A program made the translations under genes and the position numbers. DNA of 64,000 nt, filler included, from Piptocephalis cylindrospora (taxonomy: Eukaryota), in assembly GCA_003614145.1 (NCBI GenBank). It is 12 parts of 12 records of this genome, joined end to end, with 100 filler letters (N's around TTAATTAATTAA, not from the genome) between each part and the next. Parts side by side here need not be neighbours in the genome. Positions count along the whole stretch, not along the records: positions 43,414 to 48,710 come from KZ988405.1; positions 48,811 to 54,093 come from KZ988406.1; positions 54,194 to 59,470 come from KZ988407.1; 9 more parts are not named here. One strand, 5' to 3'. A model generated the notes under the pieces. It was not told the origin of the DNA, searched no databases, and was given only the letters and a program-made list of their open reading frames with translations. Below are positions 47,948-59,570 of the stretch, one piece after another (position 1 is the stretch's first letter; every line of letters begins with the position of its first letter).

Positions 47948-48484
47948 ATGCAGAACCCCACCGTCCTTCTGGCCGTGTTGGCCACCATTTTTCTGACCAC
48001 TTCGGCTTCCCCCGTCGAGGATGCCTATCAGGCTTATACCACCACCTCCACCCAGGCGTATTCCACCACCCCTGCTTACTCTACTCCTACTCCGGATTAT
48101 GGAAAGCCATCCAAGAATGGTCATGGGTCTTACAATGGGGGATCCTACAACCACGTATCTTACAATGGCGGACCTTCCAACCATGGATCCTACAATGACG
48201 GATCCAACGACGATGGATCTTACGATGATGGGTCCTACGACCATGACAACTACTACAATGACAATGTCGACGAATACGATGACGGCAGCTATCATCCTTC
48301 TGACTATTCTGGCTATCAGGGACATTCTGGCTACTCTGACTACAAGAGTAATGACTACCTCGCCAAGCGTGACTACAAGCAGGAAGGCTATGGTAGCCAC
48401 AATCATCATCACGAAGAACAGTATGATGACGGGAGCTACCGTCCTTGGGATTACCCTGGCTGGCAGGGACACTCTACCTGGTAG
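47948..48484 (+). CDS. Small secreted Tyr/Gly/Asp/His-rich repeat protein with a KR (Kex2-like) site
   Basis: Signal peptide MQNPTVLLAVLATIFLTTSA-SP, GSY(N/D)x pentad repeats, AKR-DY. TATAAAA at 47793. Confidence 0.75.
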   Translation: MQNPTVLLAVLATIFLTTSASPVEDAYQAYTTTSTQAYSTTPAYSTPTPDYGKPSKNGHGSYNGGSYNHVSYNGGPSNHGSYNDGSNDDGSYDDGSYDHDNYYNDNVDEYDDGSYHPSDYSGYQGHSGYSDYKSNDYLAKRDYKQEGYGSHNHHHEEQYDDGSYRPWDYPGWQGHSTW

Positions 48485-48810
48485 GGATATGTTTAGGATG
48501 GGGGTAGGCCTTTTGAGGCAAGCCTTAGTGAAATAAATAAATTCCAAGGGCTTTTGATTCAACCATTGCTATCTACCGTTTTCAATATATTATAAAACAG
48601 CATCCGTCTAGAACGCAGAGCATGGACAATTGATAACATAACTTTTCTTAGGAGCAGCTTATCTCACTTTGTAGTCCTCCACACGGGCTGATCGCCTCCT
48701 CCATGCGGAGNNNNNNNNNNNNNNNNNNNNNNNNNNNNNNNNNNNNNNNNNNNNTTAATTAATTAANNNNNNNNNNNNNNNNNNNNNNNNNNNNNNNNNN
48801 NNNNNNNNNN

Positions 48811-51000
48811 CATATGTGTAATTTTGCCTGATATATTGTCCTTTGAGGTTTAAAGATGGTTGGATGTGAGTTGAAAATATAGTTTGGGATGTTGGGCGTG
48901 ATGGGTCAAGATAGGTGTCATGGAAGGTGTAAAAGTCATCTTTATTGGGGAGAATATGTGCATATTATATGTGCTGACGGAAAATAAAAGAGGAAATGCT
49001 TTCATGTATATCTATATCCTTATCCTAGTGTTTTAATGTGACTTATAGTAAGGCCTTTGATGGCCATGGGAGTGTTCTCAATCATCCCTCGTTTTATATG
49101 TGTAACTTTGGTCGAGATATGGGACTTTGAAGGAAGGGTAGGGTTAAAAATATTGGCTGGGTTGTTGGTTGAGAAGTTGGTTTGGAATGACCAAGGTGGA
49201 AACCTTTAAATATGGAAAAGAAAGATATGGGTTGGAAATAAGGATAAGAATGATACATATGGGTGGACTTGGATGGCTATGGAAGGATACTTAATGTGCA
49301 GTCTGGCATACCAGTATCCTTATCCTAGTGTTTCATCCATGGTCAACTAGATTACCCCCTCCGCCTATTTCATTTATAGGAGCCATCCCCGGTTTGATAT
49401 GATTGAGTTTGAGTTTGAGTTGAGACTGGACTGTAAAGTTGGAGGGTGAGGAGTGGAGGGTGGGGGGGTGGAAATACTGGTTAGATGTTGGTTGGTATGA
49501 CATTAGCCAGGATGACCGCTTTGAATGGTAAGAAATGTCACTTAATAATATTGAATACAGGATGGTAATAATAATAGTGGTATAGCATAGCATAATGTAT
49601 ATAAATGGACTTGGAAAGTAAAAGAAGGAGTACTTTGTGTAGGACCCTGCATATCTGCATCCATATCTTAGTATTTTAATCTGGCCGATAAGGGTATTCC
49701 CCGTAGTCCTGTGAGTGTCCTTCACCATCCCCCGCTGGATATGGTTGAGGTTGAGGTTGAGGTTGAGCTGAGATGGTGTGCTTCGAAGCCTAGGGTCAAA
49801 GGTATTGGCTAGGATGTTGGCTGCTATATGACTTTGTATGAATGAAAAGAGGTACCTTCAAGTATAGGATATGTATGGGTGAGCTTGGACGTGTGTTGAA
49901 GAATAGTTGTGGAAGGTCTATTAAAGTTGTACGTTTATTCTATAATATAAATTGTAGCCAACCGCAGTGCTCCTGGAGATTATGCCAATGTTCTCTATCA
50001 TCTTTCGTTGAATATGCCCACGGTGGGAGCCGAGATGATGGATTAAAATGGACTAAAAAGTTAGAGGCTGTGAATGTTGGTTGGGATGCAGATATAGTAT
50101 GCTGGGATAATGGCTTAGTTTGCTGACTTGGGATGGTCCTCTTGATTATATTCAAAAATGAAAAAGGGACTTCTGTTGGAAATAATAATAGTAATAATAA
50201 TAGTATATGTGGGTTGACTTGAAAAATGAAAGGGAGGGCGCATTGTGCAGGATCTAGGTTCTCGGTGTCCTTGCATTGAATTTTTTACCCAGACAATTGC
50301 AGCGCCCCCTGGGGTAAGGGGAGCCATGTTCTCTTGGTCGTGTTTGAAATGGTTGAGCTTGAGCCGAGATACTGGACTTGGAGGTTTCATAATTGGAAAT
50401 GCTGGTTGGAATGCTAATTGGGACTATGGCAGCATTGGCCAAAAGAAACGCCTTCCAAAATGGGAAAAGACGACCTTCGCTGAAGATAAGATGCGTGCAA
50501 TATATATCAGTTGACTTTGAGAAATAGAAGAAAGAACACTTGGATTATCACAGAGGAAGGTTGTGTTGCTCTTCTAGTATTTAAAACTGGCATATCACAA
50601 CATACCCGTACATGTTTCGCCCATATAAGCCATCTCCCGTTTGATCATTGAGGAATGCATTGAGTGTCGCTCTGTATAGATATCTCCTTCTCTTATTATT
50701 TTGCCTGCTAAAGGCTAATTGGGATGTTGGTTGGCTGGCATATTGGCCAGTCCTGATCAAGAGGAACGCCGTGAAAAAATGAGAAAAAGGGACCCTTGTT
50801 GAGTTTGAGGCGAGATATTATATTTTGGGTTGGGCCTGGAATCCTGATTGGTTAGTTAGTTAGGTATTGGTTGGAGCATGGATTGGGATGTTGGTCAGGG
50901 CCCTGTGTAGTGTGGGCCAAGATGATTACGTCCAAAAGTGGAACGTCCTTTGTGTCGCGGAGGGTAGGGTATAGAATGGCAATGGAGCAGTAGTATAGTA
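48811..51000. repeat. Degenerate strand-biased (G/T-rich) satellite-like region
   Basis: Recurring modules CCATCCCC..GATATG.TTGAG(T/G)TTGAG..GAGA at about 49381, 49726 and 50322. TATCCTTATCCTAGTGTTT at about 49015 and 49316. Many (G/A)ATG(T/C)TGG(T/C)TG motifs. Confidence 0.55.
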
Positions 51001-51052
51001 TAGTATGGTATAGTATAGTGTATATGGACGGGCTTGGGGCAGAAGAAAGGCT

Positions 51053-51156
51053 GGTATGGGGAAGAGAGTGGGCTCGGGGATGAGCAAAAGGTGTCGCGTA
51101 GGTATGAGGAAGAGAGTGGGCTCGGGGATGAGCAAAAGGTGTCGCGTAGGTATGAG
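51053..51156. repeat. 48-bp direct tandem duplication (2 copies plus a partial)
   Basis: GGTATG(G/A)GGAAGAGAGTGGGCTCGGGGATGAGCAAAAGGTGTCGCGTA twice. Confidence 0.9.
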
Positions 51157-51558
51157 ATGATAGTTTCACGATGGGCCCACCGTATTGGCTGCTTGGAGCT
51201 ACATTGAGGTGGACAATTGATCTGCCTTTGAGCAGAGCGGATTAGAGTAGGGTAGGGTAGGGTACAGTAGAGTAGAGCAGAGTGGAGTAGGGTGGGTGAC
51301 ACTGGATTGAACTGGCCTAGCTGGGCCAGATTTCCACTGGTGCCTTAGGGACTAGAAAAAGTGCCTTGACCAAGCAAGAGGGGAAGGGTTCAAATTTTTA
51401 GCAAGCTTGAGATAAATGCCAGGATGCCATTTATTTTTAGGCCTACCCAACAGGAAAAGGTGAAAGGGCAGAGGGAAAAAGGATGTAGTGAGCCCCCTTG
51501 AAGGGGGGCAAGGGGGAGGATGGGAGGCCAGGGAGTGGGCTTAAAGGAAGGCTAGGGC

Positions 51559-53043
51559 TTAAGCCAGGTCGGACTCCTCCTGATCGGTGGGGGGAAGGGT
51601 GGAATAGTCTACGGCCGGGGGCTTGGAGGGCTGGGGGGAGGGAGGGGAGGCGTCGTCATCGTAGGAGGCATCCTCATCAACGAGGGCCTCAGTGTCCTCC
51701 TCCAGGAAGTTGGTGTCCGAGACCGTGGGCTCCTCGTCCGGGGAGGTGGGAGTGGCCTCTTCGGTGTCCTCGGCGCCGTCCGAGGCATGGCCATCCCCGC
51801 TATACCGGGTGGTGGGCTTTCTCTTTCTACCAGAGGAGCCCTTGGGGCGAGAGGAGGAGGAAGGGCCAGGCGAGCCGGTGCAAGGGCCGTCCAGCTTGCC
51901 ATTGGTATGGATGCGGCAGGTCCCACAGCGGTTGGGGCATCCGGCCTTTTGACGGGCTTGGGCCATCCGGGCACGGAACTTGGGGGCGGAGGCCTCCATC
52001 TTCTCATCCACGAGGACCTGGATGTGTTCCTCGATGGTGGCGTCAATCTCCTTTTTTCTCTCCTGGGAGAACTCCCCGGATAGGCCGCCGTACCTGATGC
52101 GATCCCACTCGGCGTCGCACCAGGCATGCTTGATGGCCTCGTTTTTCCGGCGGGCATCCTTGAGGGCTTGTCCTTGGAGGGAGCTTTCCTCAACCATCTG
52201 GCCACGGCAGTCCATCTTGCCGCGGGCCTCCCAAAAGTACCTTGCCGTCATCTGCATGGCTGCCGCTGGGATCTTGGCGGCGTAGCGGAAGTTGGAGCGC
52301 ATCACGCTCCGCTTGTGCTGGATAATGGTATCATCATCCTTGTCGGGACCCTCGGCGGCCAGGCCTTTGCGCGACTTGGCCTGACTTTTCCTGGCCGACT
52401 CCCGAATGCGCTGGCGTCTCTCGGCCTCGGAGGTGGCCTTGGTTCTCTTGGCCCTCTTGGTTGTGGCGGGGGAATCTTGGGAGACAGGGGTGGGGGGAGT
52501 ATGTTCCGAGTCGGCTCCAGAGTCAAAGGGCCATCCGTGGTATGGGTCGATTGTGGCGACCGGTAAAGTTTTTTCCACAGTGGGAGGAGCCATACAGATG
52601 GAGGAGGAACTATGGATGGGCTGCCTGTCATTGTCCGAGGAGGAGTCGGAATCCGCGTTTGCGGCGGCAATCCGTGGATCCGGGAGCCGAGACCGGAGGA
52701 AAGCGGGCCTCACGGAAGCATCTGTGGACGCGTTGTCTGTAGAGTTGCTTAAAGCTACAGAGGCACTCGGGGTAGGAGAGGTGCGTGAGCCCTTCTTGGA
52801 GGCTTCCTTGCCCTTGGCTTCCCTGTCGGCCTTGGCCTGGACAATCTTTTCGAAGAAGGACATGTCCTCATCCCCGGCGGCGGCTGGAGATTTGGCCGGG
52901 GCATTGGTGGCGGTAGAGGAAACCACGGAGCCAGAGGGGGGAGGGGAGGAGGTGACAGTACCTGGCGCTGAGGAAGCATCCTGAGCAGCGGAGGTGTCGG
53001 CCTTGGAACGACGAGTGGAAATCCGGGAAGAGGAGCGAGGCAT
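51559..53043 (-). CDS. Orphan intronless protein with basic helical core and a Cys/His cluster
   Basis: GC-rich open frame of about 494 aa from MPRSSSRISTRR. Basic segment AERRQRIRESARKSQAKSRK, CPNRCGTCRIH..C cluster and acidic tail. Confidence 0.6.
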   Translation of the reverse strand: MPRSSSRISTRRSKADTSAAQDASSAPGTVTSSPPPSGSVVSSTATNAPAKSPAAAGDEDMSFFEKIVQAKADREAKGKEASKKGSRTSPTPSASVALSNSTDNASTDASVRPAFLRSRLPDPRIAAANADSDSSSDNDRQPIHSSSSICMAPPTVEKTLPVATIDPYHGWPFDSGADSEHTPPTPVSQDSPATTKRAKRTKATSEAERRQRIRESARKSQAKSRKGLAAEGPDKDDDTIIQHKRSVMRSNFRYAAKIPAAAMQMTARYFWEARGKMDCRGQMVEESSLQGQALKDARRKNEAIKHAWCDAEWDRIRYGGLSGEFSQERKKEIDATIEEHIQVLVDEKMEASAPKFRARMAQARQKAGCPNRCGTCRIHTNGKLDGPCTGSPGPSSSSRPKGSSGRKRKPTTRYSGDGHASDGAEDTEEATPTSPDEEPTVSDTNFLEEDTEALVDEDASYDDDASPPSPQPSKPPAVDYSTLPPTDQEESDLA

Positions 53044-53797
53044 GGTAGTAAAGAGGTGGTGAGGCACAGAAGAACTGAGGGAGGGCACTGAAGGGCTGAT
53101 AGTGGTAGAGGTTGATGTGGGATGGAAGTGGGCTGGGCGATTGTACAATACTCTCTTTGGACGGGATTTATATAGAGGATCGGGGATGGGTGAGGAGGCC
53201 ATCGGACTATAGAGGTAGCCATGGGGCCATAGATGGAGGGAGTGACAATGTAACACAAAGCTGGGATGAGCTGGGCCTTGTCTATCCTGACTTGTGTCCT
53301 ACCGGGAAGGCATTGATGAGGCGGGCGCCCACACAACTCTTGTGCGCAGAATAACGTATGGTGCCACTGGAGGGTGCTTTTCAATGACTATAGAGCTGGT
53401 ATGCCACTATCAGGAGGATGTGTGTCAGTGTTGTCTAGCACCGGGCCCCGTGATCCGTTTCTTACCGGGCCCCCTGGGAGTATGGCGCTGGCCGATTGGA
53501 TGGCTATTCCTGGGGCAGGGTCAAGCGCGGCGTTGAGCCTTATCAGTGTGGGGGGGGGGGAGAGGTCGAGGTCTCATATATTCCATTGGCTGGCCTGATA
53601 ACGGGAGGGGCTTGAGCGTGTGTGTTATGCCGAGTATCCGGCCAATGCCTGTCCCCCTTAAGGTGGTCATTAGGGAGAGTAAGCTAGGCTATATATAGTG
53701 GGCCACATGGCCCCAGGCCCCTTTTTCCACCTTCCCCCATCCTTCTTCCCTCTCTTCCCGCCCACCATTCCTCCTATACCACTACTGCCTGCCACGA

Positions 53798-54093
53798 TTT
53801 GACATCTCTTAAGAGTTGACAAATCGTCCTTAGTACCAGGGCAGTTTGTGATCTCTTAAGAGTTGACAAATCACCCCCAGTACCAGGGCAGTTTGACATC
53901 TCTTAAGAGTTGACAAATCACCCCCAGTACCAGGGCAGTTTGTGATCTCTTAAGAGTTGACAAATCACCCCCAGTACCAGGGCAGTTTGACATCTCTTAA
54001 GAGTTGACAAATCACCCCCAGTACCAGGGCAGTTTGTGATCTCTTAAGAGTTGACAAATCACCCCCAGTACCAGGGCAGTTTGACATCTCTTA
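53798..54093. repeat. 47-bp tandem array (6 full plus 1 partial units) with an imperfect 26-bp palindrome per unit; alternating A/B variants
   Basis: Units start at 53801, 53848, 53895, 53942, 53989, 54036 and 54083: G(ACA/TGA)TCTCTTAAGAGTTGACAAATCACCCCCAGTACCAGGGCAGTTT. Confidence 0.95.
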
Positions 54094-54356
54094 NNNNNNN
54101 NNNNNNNNNNNNNNNNNNNNNNNNNNNNNNNNNNNNNTTAATTAATTAANNNNNNNNNNNNNNNNNNNNNNNNNNNNNNNNNNNNNNNNNNNNCGATGGA
54201 GATAGGAAGCCCAGGACCGCAAAGAGTAGGGTCACCCCGCACATCCCCCCCCCCTGATGAGCACCACCCTGACCACTCTCCTCCAGTCCTCCTTCTTTCC
54301 TTTCCTTCTTCTTCTTTCCCTCCTCCCCTCTCCTCTCTCCCATACTAAATTCAGAA

Positions 54357-54610
54357 ATGCGGTGTTTATTGATAACAACGCTAGTTCTTGCTCATCTGGG
54401 CTCCACGCTGGGCTTCTACCTCCCAGGCCTGGCCCCTCAGGATTACAGCCGACACTCACCGGTGTCTGTGGCGGTAAATACCCTGACGGCGCTGTCGGGT
54501 GGAGGTCAGGACGAAGGAGTGAGGTCTCTACTCCCATACGATTATTATGACCCACGACTGGGCCTGTGTGTACCACCGGGAGGGCCAGTGGCCAAGTCCG
54601 AGTCCCTTGG
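54357..54610 (+). CDS. EMP70: TM9SF/Emp70 nonaspanin, first exon only (fragment)
   Basis: Signal peptide then FYLPGLAPQDY...VNTLT...LPYDYY...CVP...SESLG, followed by a GTGAG donor. No in-frame continuation found. Confidence 0.75.
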
Positions 54611-56445
54611 GTGAGACTGGACAGAACATAGTAGCACAGTGGGATGGATAAAGATGGGCTGCTGGTGGGAGACGGTACTGAGAGCACTGCCCCAGCTAAT
54701 TTCTGAGCTGGGGCGAATCCTGTTGTGTGATAGTGGCAATAACGAGGCGGATCACCACCAATCCTCCCGTTGGCCGTGGAATGCGAAACCTCCCGCCTTC
54801 TTCCTCAATCGCACACACTCCGACCGCGCTTTTGTTTAATTTCGCTTTGAAATATGCCAGTTGAACGAATTTGGTTTTTGCATTGATGAAAAGCGCCTTA
54901 GTATCAAACCTAGGCTGTAATTATATTGATGAAATATTTCCGCCGTTAACCATTACACCAGAGACGAGCATGAGACTATATCGGATGACAACAAGATACA
55001 GGGATAATTTTAGGACTAAACCGAATCAAATGGATATATACAGAATGATGGGTTGGTCCCGTAATAGTCTTATTGATAAGCTAGATCAACATATCTATGG
55101 ATCCTGATACTAAAATACAGCCACACTCTATTCTCTCCCTTACTGATAGGCTAGTTAGAAGGGATTTCACTCCCTTTTAAAGTATGCTTTGAGTTTGCTT
55201 TGAAAACCCATTTATTTCCTAGCCTCCATACCAAATATAGTATGCTTTGAGGTTGGAAATGGACCTTCAGGTCAAGTTGAAATTAGGAGAAATTCGCAAT
55301 GAAATCGGAGATGAAAATGAATCGCACGAGTATCCGACCTCGTGTACCGTCACGTTCTTTTATTCGACATAGGATAGATATAGCACCAATGTGGTTTTTG
55401 TCTGTTTGCTGGCCATTTTTACTAAATTCATGGACCCCATCCCTTACTCTGCTCTATCCCTTGCTCTGTCCTATCCCCATTATCAGTCTTAAGCCTCTGC
55501 TCTGCCCCCAAACCGGACCCCCTACCACAGAGCCGGCTCACCTCCCTCCCTGCCGCTGGATTCGTTAGTAAATCGTCTTTCTCAACAAGGCTCCCTTTTC
55601 CAGGTCATATATGGCCATCTCCGCCCTCAGTCACTGAGTCTTTCTGAAGGGCGGAGTTGTCTCCTTGACCCTTACCGCTCGGGCTGTACGGCCAACCAGC
55701 TGAGCTGGCCTGTCGTTCTTTTCTTGTGCTCATGACCAAGGCCAAGCTTTACCTCGTTCGCCACAGCCCTCATTTACTACTATTACTACTGCCACACATG
55801 GCAAAGTCCAGGTTGTATAAAGTACTGTTCGTTGATCATGACGGTGCACCCGTCCCCGCTCATCCAGCCTTTCCTTTCTCCTCCTTCCTCTACCCCATCT
55901 CCTCCCTTCCCCCTCCCTATCCTTCATTACGCTCGTCCGTATAGCCTTGCTGTCCTCCGTGCCTGGCTCCCCTCTTCCTACTTCGCCTCGCGTGCACGTC
56001 TTCCTCCGATCTAACGGCTCTTACGTGTGTCAATCCTTGGCCCGTCCCTACGCCTCTTCACTCCGCCTCGCCCCAAGGGCATAACCGCCTTTTCTCCTTC
56101 TCGCTCTTACGCGTCCTTACCAGGGCAACATCTTCTCAACGGACCTTTTCTTGATCGCTTCTTTTCTCTCTTTTTTCTCATCTCGCCTCTCAACCAGAAC
56201 ACGCTTCCATCTTGACGCTTTCTTTGAGTCTCTCTGTCTCTATTCACATCCTCTGGATCATTCCACCGACTCACCATTCTCTCTTCTTCGAGACGACCTC
56301 TCTCTCTACCACCCTCTGGCCTAGTCCAGCCCATCTTCTGATACGTCTTCTTCCATCATCATCATCTCCTCATCTCTCCTTTATCCATTGACCTATCCAC
56401 TCAACTTTCCCCTTCTCACGCCACTGGATCTCTCATCCCCTCCTT

Positions 56446-57876
56446 ATGAGCAATAGCTATCTTTATCTCACCGTCCTGGTATCGGCCATTGGCGGTCTCC
56501 TCTTTGGCTATGATATCGGTGTCATCTCTGGAGTCTTGGAGATGCCGAGATTCAAAGAGACTTTCAACTGGAATAGCCCCTTGGAAAAAGGCTTCATCGT
56601 CTCCTCCCTTCATCTTGGCTGTCTCTTGGGTTGCATCATTTCCTCCTGGATGTGTGATGGCCTGGGCCGTAGATGGACCATCATTCTCGGAGCCCTGGTT
56701 TTTTGCTTGGGCGGGGCCTTTCAAACCCTGGCCACCTCCCTTCCTTTCCTCTTCTCCGGCCGTATCATCTCCGGAATAGCCATCGGCACCCTCTCCATGG
56801 CCGTTCCCCTCTTCCTTGCAGAGATCGCCCCTAAGCATCTTCGAGGCCGATTGGTGTCATGCCATCAGCTGGCCATTACTATCGGGATCCTCGTGTCCTT
56901 TTGCATTAACTTCGCATGCTCCAGTATTGCGGATGACGGATCCTGGAGAATCCCCCTTGCAATGCAGATGGTCATCTCGGCCCTCATGGCCTTTGGTATG
57001 CTCTTCCTCCCCGCTTCTCCCAGGTGGCTCATGTCCCGAGGCCGGGTGGACCAGGCCGCTACGGCTCTCCGAAGAATTCGCGGATCCGCGGGTCCTGAGG
57101 TCCAACAGGAGCTGGATGAAGTCCAGGACTCGATCCGTCTCGAACGTGAGATCGGCCATGGCACCTGGAAGGAGTGTTTCTCCAATGGGATGTGGCGCCG
57201 TACTCTCATCGGCATCACTCTCCAAGCCTTCCAGCAGCTCACAGGTATCAACGCTGTCCTTTACTACGCTCCTCAGATTGTCCGGGCTGCCGGATTCAAC
57301 AATTTGCAAGTGGCCCTTTTGGCCACCGCTGGTACCGGCCTTATCAACATGTGCATGACCCTCCCAGGCATCTATCTGGTCGATCGAGTAGGTCGAAGGG
57401 TCCTCCTGGTCTCGGGAGGCATCATGTGCGCCCTATGGATGTCTCTGCTTGGGATCCTCATGGCCGTGTACGGCCCCACATACGATGTCAAGGCCGTGCC
57501 CTTTGTGTGCCTCGCTGCTGTTTACCTCTTTACCGCGTCCTTTTCCTATTCTTGGGGCCCTACTTCCTGGGTTTATCCCTCGGAGCTATACCCTCTGCGC
57601 ATCCGGGCCAAGGCCATGTCCATGACCACTGCTTCCAACTGGCTCTTCAACTTCCTCGTGGCCCAGGCTGTCCCCGGTCTGCTTCAGTCCATCGACTGGG
57701 GCCTCTACCTAATCTTTGCTGGCTTTGGCCTTGGCATGGCTCTTTGGGTCTACTTTGCCGTACCCGAGACCAAGGGCAAGTCCCTCGAGGAAGTGGACGC
57801 TCTCTTCGGCCATTCTCGGCCCCAGCATTATACCGAGGCCTATATGAAACAGTACATCCCCATTGGGGGTCATTGA
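56446..57876 (+). CDS. MFS sugar porter (hexose/polyol transporter)
   Basis: GGLLFGYDIGVISG, DGLGRR, EIAPKHLRG, PASPRWL, FQQLTGIN, VDRVGRR, SWGP..W.YPSE.YPLRIR and PETKGKSLEE. Confidence 0.95.
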   Translation: MSNSYLYLTVLVSAIGGLLFGYDIGVISGVLEMPRFKETFNWNSPLEKGFIVSSLHLGCLLGCIISSWMCDGLGRRWTIILGALVFCLGGAFQTLATSLPFLFSGRIISGIAIGTLSMAVPLFLAEIAPKHLRGRLVSCHQLAITIGILVSFCINFACSSIADDGSWRIPLAMQMVISALMAFGMLFLPASPRWLMSRGRVDQAATALRRIRGSAGPEVQQELDEVQDSIRLEREIGHGTWKECFSNGMWRRTLIGITLQAFQQLTGINAVLYYAPQIVRAAGFNNLQVALLATAGTGLINMCMTLPGIYLVDRVGRRVLLVSGGIMCALWMSLLGILMAVYGPTYDVKAVPFVCLAAVYLFTASFSYSWGPTSWVYPSELYPLRIRAKAMSMTTASNWLFNFLVAQAVPGLLQSIDWGLYLIFAGFGLGMALWVYFAVPETKGKSLEEVDALFGHSRPQHYTEAYMKQYIPIGGH

Positions 57877-59240
57877 AGTCGTGTGCGTGAGTGTGTGTGT
57901 GCTAGCAAAGGGTCTCGGATGGTCCATCAAGGGGAATATAGGTTATTCACTGGATTTTGTCTCTATTCCATCCTTTTCACTGGGTGGACGTGCCAGCCCC
58001 TACATCCCGTGTCCATTTGCGACCATTTTTGCCAATCCTTTTCCCATGAACCATGTAGCATATTTTTCTTGGATGCTATGGGAGACTTGCATCGGGCCGT
58101 TTTAGATCCAGATTCATGACAAGGTCCCTAGGACAGAAATAATGATTGCACACACCAGCACGACGGTACGATGAGTAAGTTGAGTGTGACCCTGGATCTA
58201 TTTATATCATTCTTCTCCCTTACACACACATCCATCTTTAAGGAAGTTCGACGTGGATGCACCTTGTATGTTTAGGATGATTACGGTTAATGGTCTCAGC
58301 TACGGTCGGGTCCCCCGTATTTGGGTTACAGATCGAGCCGAGACGCCATGGCGCTTATTTCCTTTGAAGAGGGCCGTTGCCAATCATCCTCAAATGTCCA
58401 CCCATAGCTTCTTCCTAGTGCGGGCACTGGCTGTAACCCCTCCCCAGACTCCCTACAGTTAGAATGAGGACGGCCTAGTGAGTCTGGTCTTGTCTTACCA
58501 GAGACATTATTGCCCTTCTTTCATCTTGAGATATGGTGCGCGGGGTTTGAAAACCGGCCATCGGAGCCTCAATCGTTCTATCGGAGATTTCGCCTTTCAA
58601 GCGGAGTTTTCACCAGCCCTATGCCGAATATTCCCTCTTCTCTCTCCCCTGCCCTCCCCGCTCCCTCCACCAATCCCTAGGCCCATAGGGCGTTTCGGTG
58701 GCTGGGTGGGGTATTCCGACGAGGCTTTGAACAGCGTCCTGACGGCCTACTGACTGGTCCTCTCCGCTCAGGGATGTGCCAGGTCCCAGATATGGAGGAA
58801 AGCTCTCTTGCTGGCCTTGGCAAGAAACTGCGGTGTGAATTAGAATGCCCCTCTGTAATACACCATTTATCAGACCTAATCCAGCCACTTCAGGCATTCA
58901 GACCTCACATCCTCTTAGGGAGGAGGAGGTCACTCTGTCAGTATTTGTATCAGCTGCCTCTCACAATCCTTGCGCCCCTCCAGCCTTTCCTTCTTCCTTT
59001 CCTCTCTTCACACTCTCCTCCTACCCCTCCACCCTCCTCCCCACTTCCCATTATCCCTACTGTCTTTAGCCGCTGCGCGGTTGACAACCCCCACTGCTCT
59101 TCTCCAATTCGCTTACTTCCGGTTTGTAAGCCCACCTACCTTGGCATCGTATCCCTTTCCTCCATTTCTCCTTTCTTCTCTGGATCTGGAGATCCTCCTT
59201 CCCTTTCCTCCTCTCTTTCATTCTCTCCTTATCTGCTATT

Positions 59241-59470
59241 ATGCAGCCCATTCATCTTCTTGTCCTCTTTCCTCTACTCCTTGCCCTACTCCAGGTTGAT
59301 CCTGGGATGGCCCAAGAGAATGGTATAAGGTCGGAGAAGGATTTCAACGACCTAACCAATCTATTCTTTCCTAGTGGTAGTGGCGGTGGTGCTAATAGTC
59401 GTCCTGTTCGTCGTCGCGCGAACGACGATGAGGAAAACAGCGGTGTTGGGGGGGATGGCGAGGAGGGCGC
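59241..59470 (+). CDS. N-terminus of a putative secreted protein, 3'-truncated
   Basis: MQPIHLLVLFPLLLALLQVDPGMA-QE signal-like sequence, open to the contig end. Confidence 0.45.
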
Positions 59471-59570
59471 NNNNNNNNNNNNNNNNNNNNNNNNNNNNNN
59501 NNNNNNNNNNNNNNTTAATTAATTAANNNNNNNNNNNNNNNNNNNNNNNNNNNNNNNNNNNNNNNNNNNN

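Noticed and set aside
53798..54093. CRISPR array
   Set aside because: The sequences between palindromes are identical rather than unique spacers, there are no cas genes, and the context is eukaryotic.
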